Origin: Archangiaceae bacterium
Lineage (GTDB): Bacteria > Myxococcota > Myxococcia > Myxococcales > Myxococcaceae
Direction of reading: 5' to 3'
Length of the DNA stretch: 17,787 bases
Assembly (NCBI GenBank): GCA_043750125.1
Contig: JAYVCD010000235.1
Span: forward strand, 1-17,787
The notes under the pieces are model-generated. The model saw only the letters and a program-made list of their open reading frames with translations. It was not told where the DNA came from and made no database searches. Shown one piece after another: positions 15,080-17,787 of the stretch (position 1 is its first letter; each line of letters opens with the position of its first letter). Both the position numbers and the translations under genes were made by a program.

Positions 15080-15326
15080 GCCCTTCGAGCTGCGCGTGGC
15101 GGGCCATCGTCTGAAGGCTTGCCGGTGGGGGCCCCAACCCGTGGGGGCGCTCACCCTGGTCTTGCTTCACGAGGGCCACCGCGACGGAGGCTCGATCGCA
15201 CTCATCAACGCCGGCAGTCCACGCCGCGCCCCCCAGGTCCGCGGGCTGGCCCTGCTCGCTCCGCACGTGTTCTGCGAGGCGCTTTCGGTGAAGTCCATTG
15301 CCGCTGCGAAGGACGCGTTTGTTTAA
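15072..15326 (+). pseudogene. Alpha/beta hydrolase relic
   Basis: GTG 15072 overlaps the ligase end. TLVLLHEG is fused directly to HRDGGSIAL (normally GHSDGGSIAL), followed by LLAPHVFCE..SI and a stop after 84 codons. Confidence 0.8.
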
Positions 15327-15392
15327 CCTTCACCGAGCCATCGGGTTGGCGGTGGGTTAGAAAACCCGGCCCGACGCATGGAGCGGGCTTCG

Positions 15393-16586
15393 ATGCGCGT
15401 CCTGCCCCTGATCCTCCTCGCCGCCTGCTCATCTGGAAAGACGCCGCTCAAGTTCGACACGCTGGCGGTCGACAAGGGCACCATCACCTCAAAGGTGACG
15501 GCCACCGGAACGCTCTCGGCCCTGGTGACCGTGCAGATCGGCAGTCAGGTTTCCGGTCGCATCTCCGAGCTTCACGCCGACTTCAACGACCCGGTCAAGA
15601 AGGGCCAGGTGCTCGTTCATCTCGATCCCCAGCTCTACAACGCTGCGCTCGATCAGGCCCGGGCCAACAGCCTCGCGGCGGAAGGACAGCTGAAGAAATC
15701 CAAAGTTCAGGCCGCCGATGCCCAGCGGCAGGCGCAGCGCAGCAAGACTCTCCTCGACCGACAGCTGATCGCGCTCGCCGACTTCGAGACCAGCCAGGCA
15801 GTCGCAGATGCCGCCGCCGCCCAGGTCGCCGCTGCCACCGGCACCTGGGAGCAAGCCCGGGCCGCGCTTCGCCAGGCCGAGATCAACCTCGCCTTCACCA
15901 CCATCACCTCGCCCATCAGCGGAGTCGTCATCTCGCGCAACGTCGAGCTGGGCCAAACCGTCGCCGCTTCCTTGTCCGCCCCGGTGCTCTTCGTGCTCGC
16001 CGAAGACTTGACCCACATGCAGGTCGACACCGCGGTGAGTGAGGCCGATGTCGGAAAGCTCGCCGCAGGCATGACCGCCCACTTTCGCGTCGATGCCTAC
16101 CCGGGCCAGCGCTTCGACGGAAAGCTTCGGCAGGTGCGCAACTCTCCGCAGGTGGTGCAGAACGTCGTCACCTACGACGCGGTGCTCGACGTAGACAACC
16201 AGAAGCTGCTGCTCAAGCCGGGCATGACTGCGAACGTCACGTTCATTGCCGCCCAGAAAGAAGACGTGGTCCGGATCCCCAACGCCGCGCTTCGCTTTCG
16301 CCCTTCCCTCGAGCAGCAGCCCGGCAGCGAGACTTCGATTCCCGCAGCGCGAAAGGACGGCGGCGCAGACCAGCGCACCCTGTGGCGTCTGGCGGCTGGG
16401 GCGGACAAGCCCGAGGCGGTTTCCGTGCGCATCGGGCTCACCGACGGAAGCTTCACCGAAGTCGTCGAAGGACCGCTGAACGCGGGCGATTTCGTCGTCA
16501 CCGATTCGACCGGTGGAAAGTCTGAACGCGGCTCGAGCCCTCTGGCTCCCACCCCGGGCGGGGGCGGCGGGCGGAGAACCTTCTGA
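15393..16586 (+). CDS. Efflux periplasmic adaptor (membrane fusion protein), MacA-like
   Basis: Lipobox LAAC; VTATGTL..VQIGSQVSGRI..DFND.VKKGQ; ITSPISGVVISRNVE.GQTVAASL; VSEADVG; LKPGMTANV. GGAG RBS before ATG 15393 (ORF track start 15378). Confidence 0.95.
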   Translation: MRVLPLILLAACSSGKTPLKFDTLAVDKGTITSKVTATGTLSALVTVQIGSQVSGRISELHADFNDPVKKGQVLVHLDPQLYNAALDQARANSLAAEGQLKKSKVQAADAQRQAQRSKTLLDRQLIALADFETSQAVADAAAAQVAAATGTWEQARAALRQAEINLAFTTITSPISGVVISRNVELGQTVAASLSAPVLFVLAEDLTHMQVDTAVSEADVGKLAAGMTAHFRVDAYPGQRFDGKLRQVRNSPQVVQNVVTYDAVLDVDNQKLLLKPGMTANVTFIAAQKEDVVRIPNAALRFRPSLEQQPGSETSIPAARKDGGADQRTLWRLAAGADKPEAVSVRIGLTDGSFTEVVEGPLNAGDFVVTDSTGGKSERGSSPLAPTPGGGGGRRTF

Positions 16587-17326
16587 TGGGTGCGCCTTCA
16601 CTGGTGCAGCTGTCAAAGGTGAGCAAGCTGTACAAGATGGGCGACTCCGAATTGTGGGCCCTGCGCGAGGTGTCGCTTTCGATCGCCGAGGGCGAGTTCG
16701 TTTCGGTGATGGGCACCTCGGGCAGTGGCAAGTCGACCTTGATGAACGTCCTCGGTTGTCTCGATCGCCCCACCGCCGGCACGTACCTGCTCGGGGGAAA
16801 TGACGTCTCGGTCGCCGGCCGCGCTCAGCTGGCCGACATTCGCAGCCGCACCCTCGGGTTCGTTTTTCAAAGCTTCAACCTGCTCTCGCGCACCAGCGCG
16901 CTGGAAAACGTCGAGCTCCCGTTGCTGTATCAGGGGGTCGGCCGCTCGCAGCGGCGGGCTCGAAGCAAAGAGGCCCTGATTCAGGTCGGTCTGGGCGATC
17001 GGTTGGATCATCACCCCAACCAGATGTCTGGAGGACAACAGCAGCGCGTCGCCATCGCCCGGGCCCTGGTGGGTCGCCCGAAGCTGATTCTCGCCGACGA
17101 GCCCACCGGCAACCTCGATTCGCGCACCAGCATCGAAGTGATGCAGCTGTTTCAGAAACTGCACGCCCTGGGTTTGACGGTCGTGCTCGTCACCCACGAG
17201 CCCGACGTAGCCGCCTTCACTTCCCGGGTGGTGGTGATGAAAGACGGGCGGGTGAAAAGCGACCAGACCCAGACAGCCCGGCTGGCGGTGTTTGAAGAGG
17301 AAGACGCCGTCTCGAGCCCAACGTGA
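16586..17326 (+). CDS. ABC transporter ATP-binding protein (MacB/LolD family)
   Basis: Walker [20 protein letters not shown]; signature [15 protein letters not shown]; Walker [15 protein letters not shown] switch. TGATG coupling with the upstream gene. Confidence 0.97.
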   Translation: MGAPSLVQLSKVSKLYKMGDSELWALREVSLSIAEGEFVSVMGTSGSGKSTLMNVLGCLDRPTAGTYLLGGNDVSVAGRAQLADIRSRTLGFVFQSFNLLSRTSALENVELPLLYQGVGRSQRRARSKEALIQVGLGDRLDHHPNQMSGGQQQRVAIARALVGRPKLILADEPTGNLDSRTSIEVMQLFQKLHALGLTVVLVTHEPDVAAFTSRVVVMKDGRVKSDQTQTARLAVFEEEDAVSSPT

Positions 17327-17787
17327 ACGTCCTTCAGATCACGCGGGTGTCCGGCCGGGCGCTGCTGCGAAACAAGATGCGTTCTTTTCTCACCGCGCTG
17401 GGAATCATCATCGGCGTCGGAGCGGTGATCGCGATGGTCTCGATTGGCGAAGGCGCCAAGGCCCAGGTCGAGGCCTCTTTCGCCTCGATGGGCAGCGACC
17501 TGCTGATCGTCTTGCCCGGCAGCACCAGCGCCGGAGGAGTGCAGGGTGGCTTCGGCTCGGCCTCCACTCTCTCCTGGGACGATCTGCGCGCGATGGGCAC
17601 TGAGCTCTCTTCGGTTCGCGCGGTCGCCCCGGCACTGCGCAGCAACCAACAGGTCGTCAGCGAAGAGCAGAACTGGACCACCAGCGTCACTGGGACTTCG
17701 CTCGAATATTTCGACATCCGCACCTGGCCCATCGCCCGCGGCGCCTTGTTTTCTGCCGCCGACATCGAGGCGGGCGCCAAGGTCGTC
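17323..17787 (+). CDS. ABC transporter permease (MacB/FtsX family), partial, runs off the window end
   Basis: GTGA overlap; [46 protein letters not shown]... is open to the end of the window. Not in the ORF track. Confidence 0.95.
   Translation, partial: MNVLQITRVSGRALLRNKMRSFLTALGIIIGVGAVIAMVSIGEGAKAQVEASFASMGSDLLIVLPGSTSAGGVQGGFGSASTLSWDDLRAMGTELSSVRAVAPALRSNQQVVSEEQNWTTSVTGTSLEYFDIRTWPIARGALFSAADIEAGAKVV

Noticed and set aside
14826-15326. 166-aa ORF as an intact protein
   Set aside because: Its first half is an off-frame reading of the CoA-ligase relic; only 15072 onward is hydrolase-derived.
15341-15374. Imperfect hairpin TCGGG..GGGTT-AGAA-AACCC..CCCGA before the efflux operon
   Set aside because: Weak stem with no U-tract; cannot be distinguished from chance in GC-rich DNA.
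15489-16616. 375-aa minus-strand ORF
   Set aside because: Antisense shadow of the MacA-like gene.
2340-17787. Methyltransferase + ATP-grasp + di-iron enzyme + ABC exporter as one biosynthetic (RiPP-like) cluster
   Set aside because: The genes are dispersed, in different orientations and separated by unrelated loci, and no precursor peptide was identified.

Overview
GC-rich bacterial DNA, most likely Myxococcota: it has a MYXO-CTERM sorting signal, an SCE4755-type His-brace domain and many Cys-rich or DAG-linker lipoproteins. All calls come from motif recognition by eye; no search was run. From left to right: an orphan Cys-rich gene tail; a Cys-rich HExxH metalloprotease lipoprotein coupled to a membrane-anchored partner; a SAM O-methyltransferase; and a large surface protein (LPMO-like His-brace domain, 4 x 182-aa Ig-like stalk, MYXO-CTERM) behind a sigma54-like promoter. 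Next come an internally deleted DUF1989 gene and a 4-gene minus-strand cluster: a lipoprotein with about 80 Cys and six knottin-like repeats, two CxxC thioredoxin-fold lipoproteins, and a DUF6029-like outer-membrane barrel with CxxGxC. The right part holds a DUF455 di-iron/ATP-grasp gene pair, a lipoprotein, collapsed relics of a benzoate-CoA ligase and an alpha/beta hydrolase, and a MacAB-type ABC exporter running off the end. The best candidates for an undescribed system are the knottin-array/thiol-oxidoreductase/OM-barrel cluster, the stalked LPMO-like protein and the DUF455/ATP-grasp pair. Several genes have also been shrunk by frame-preserving internal deletions.
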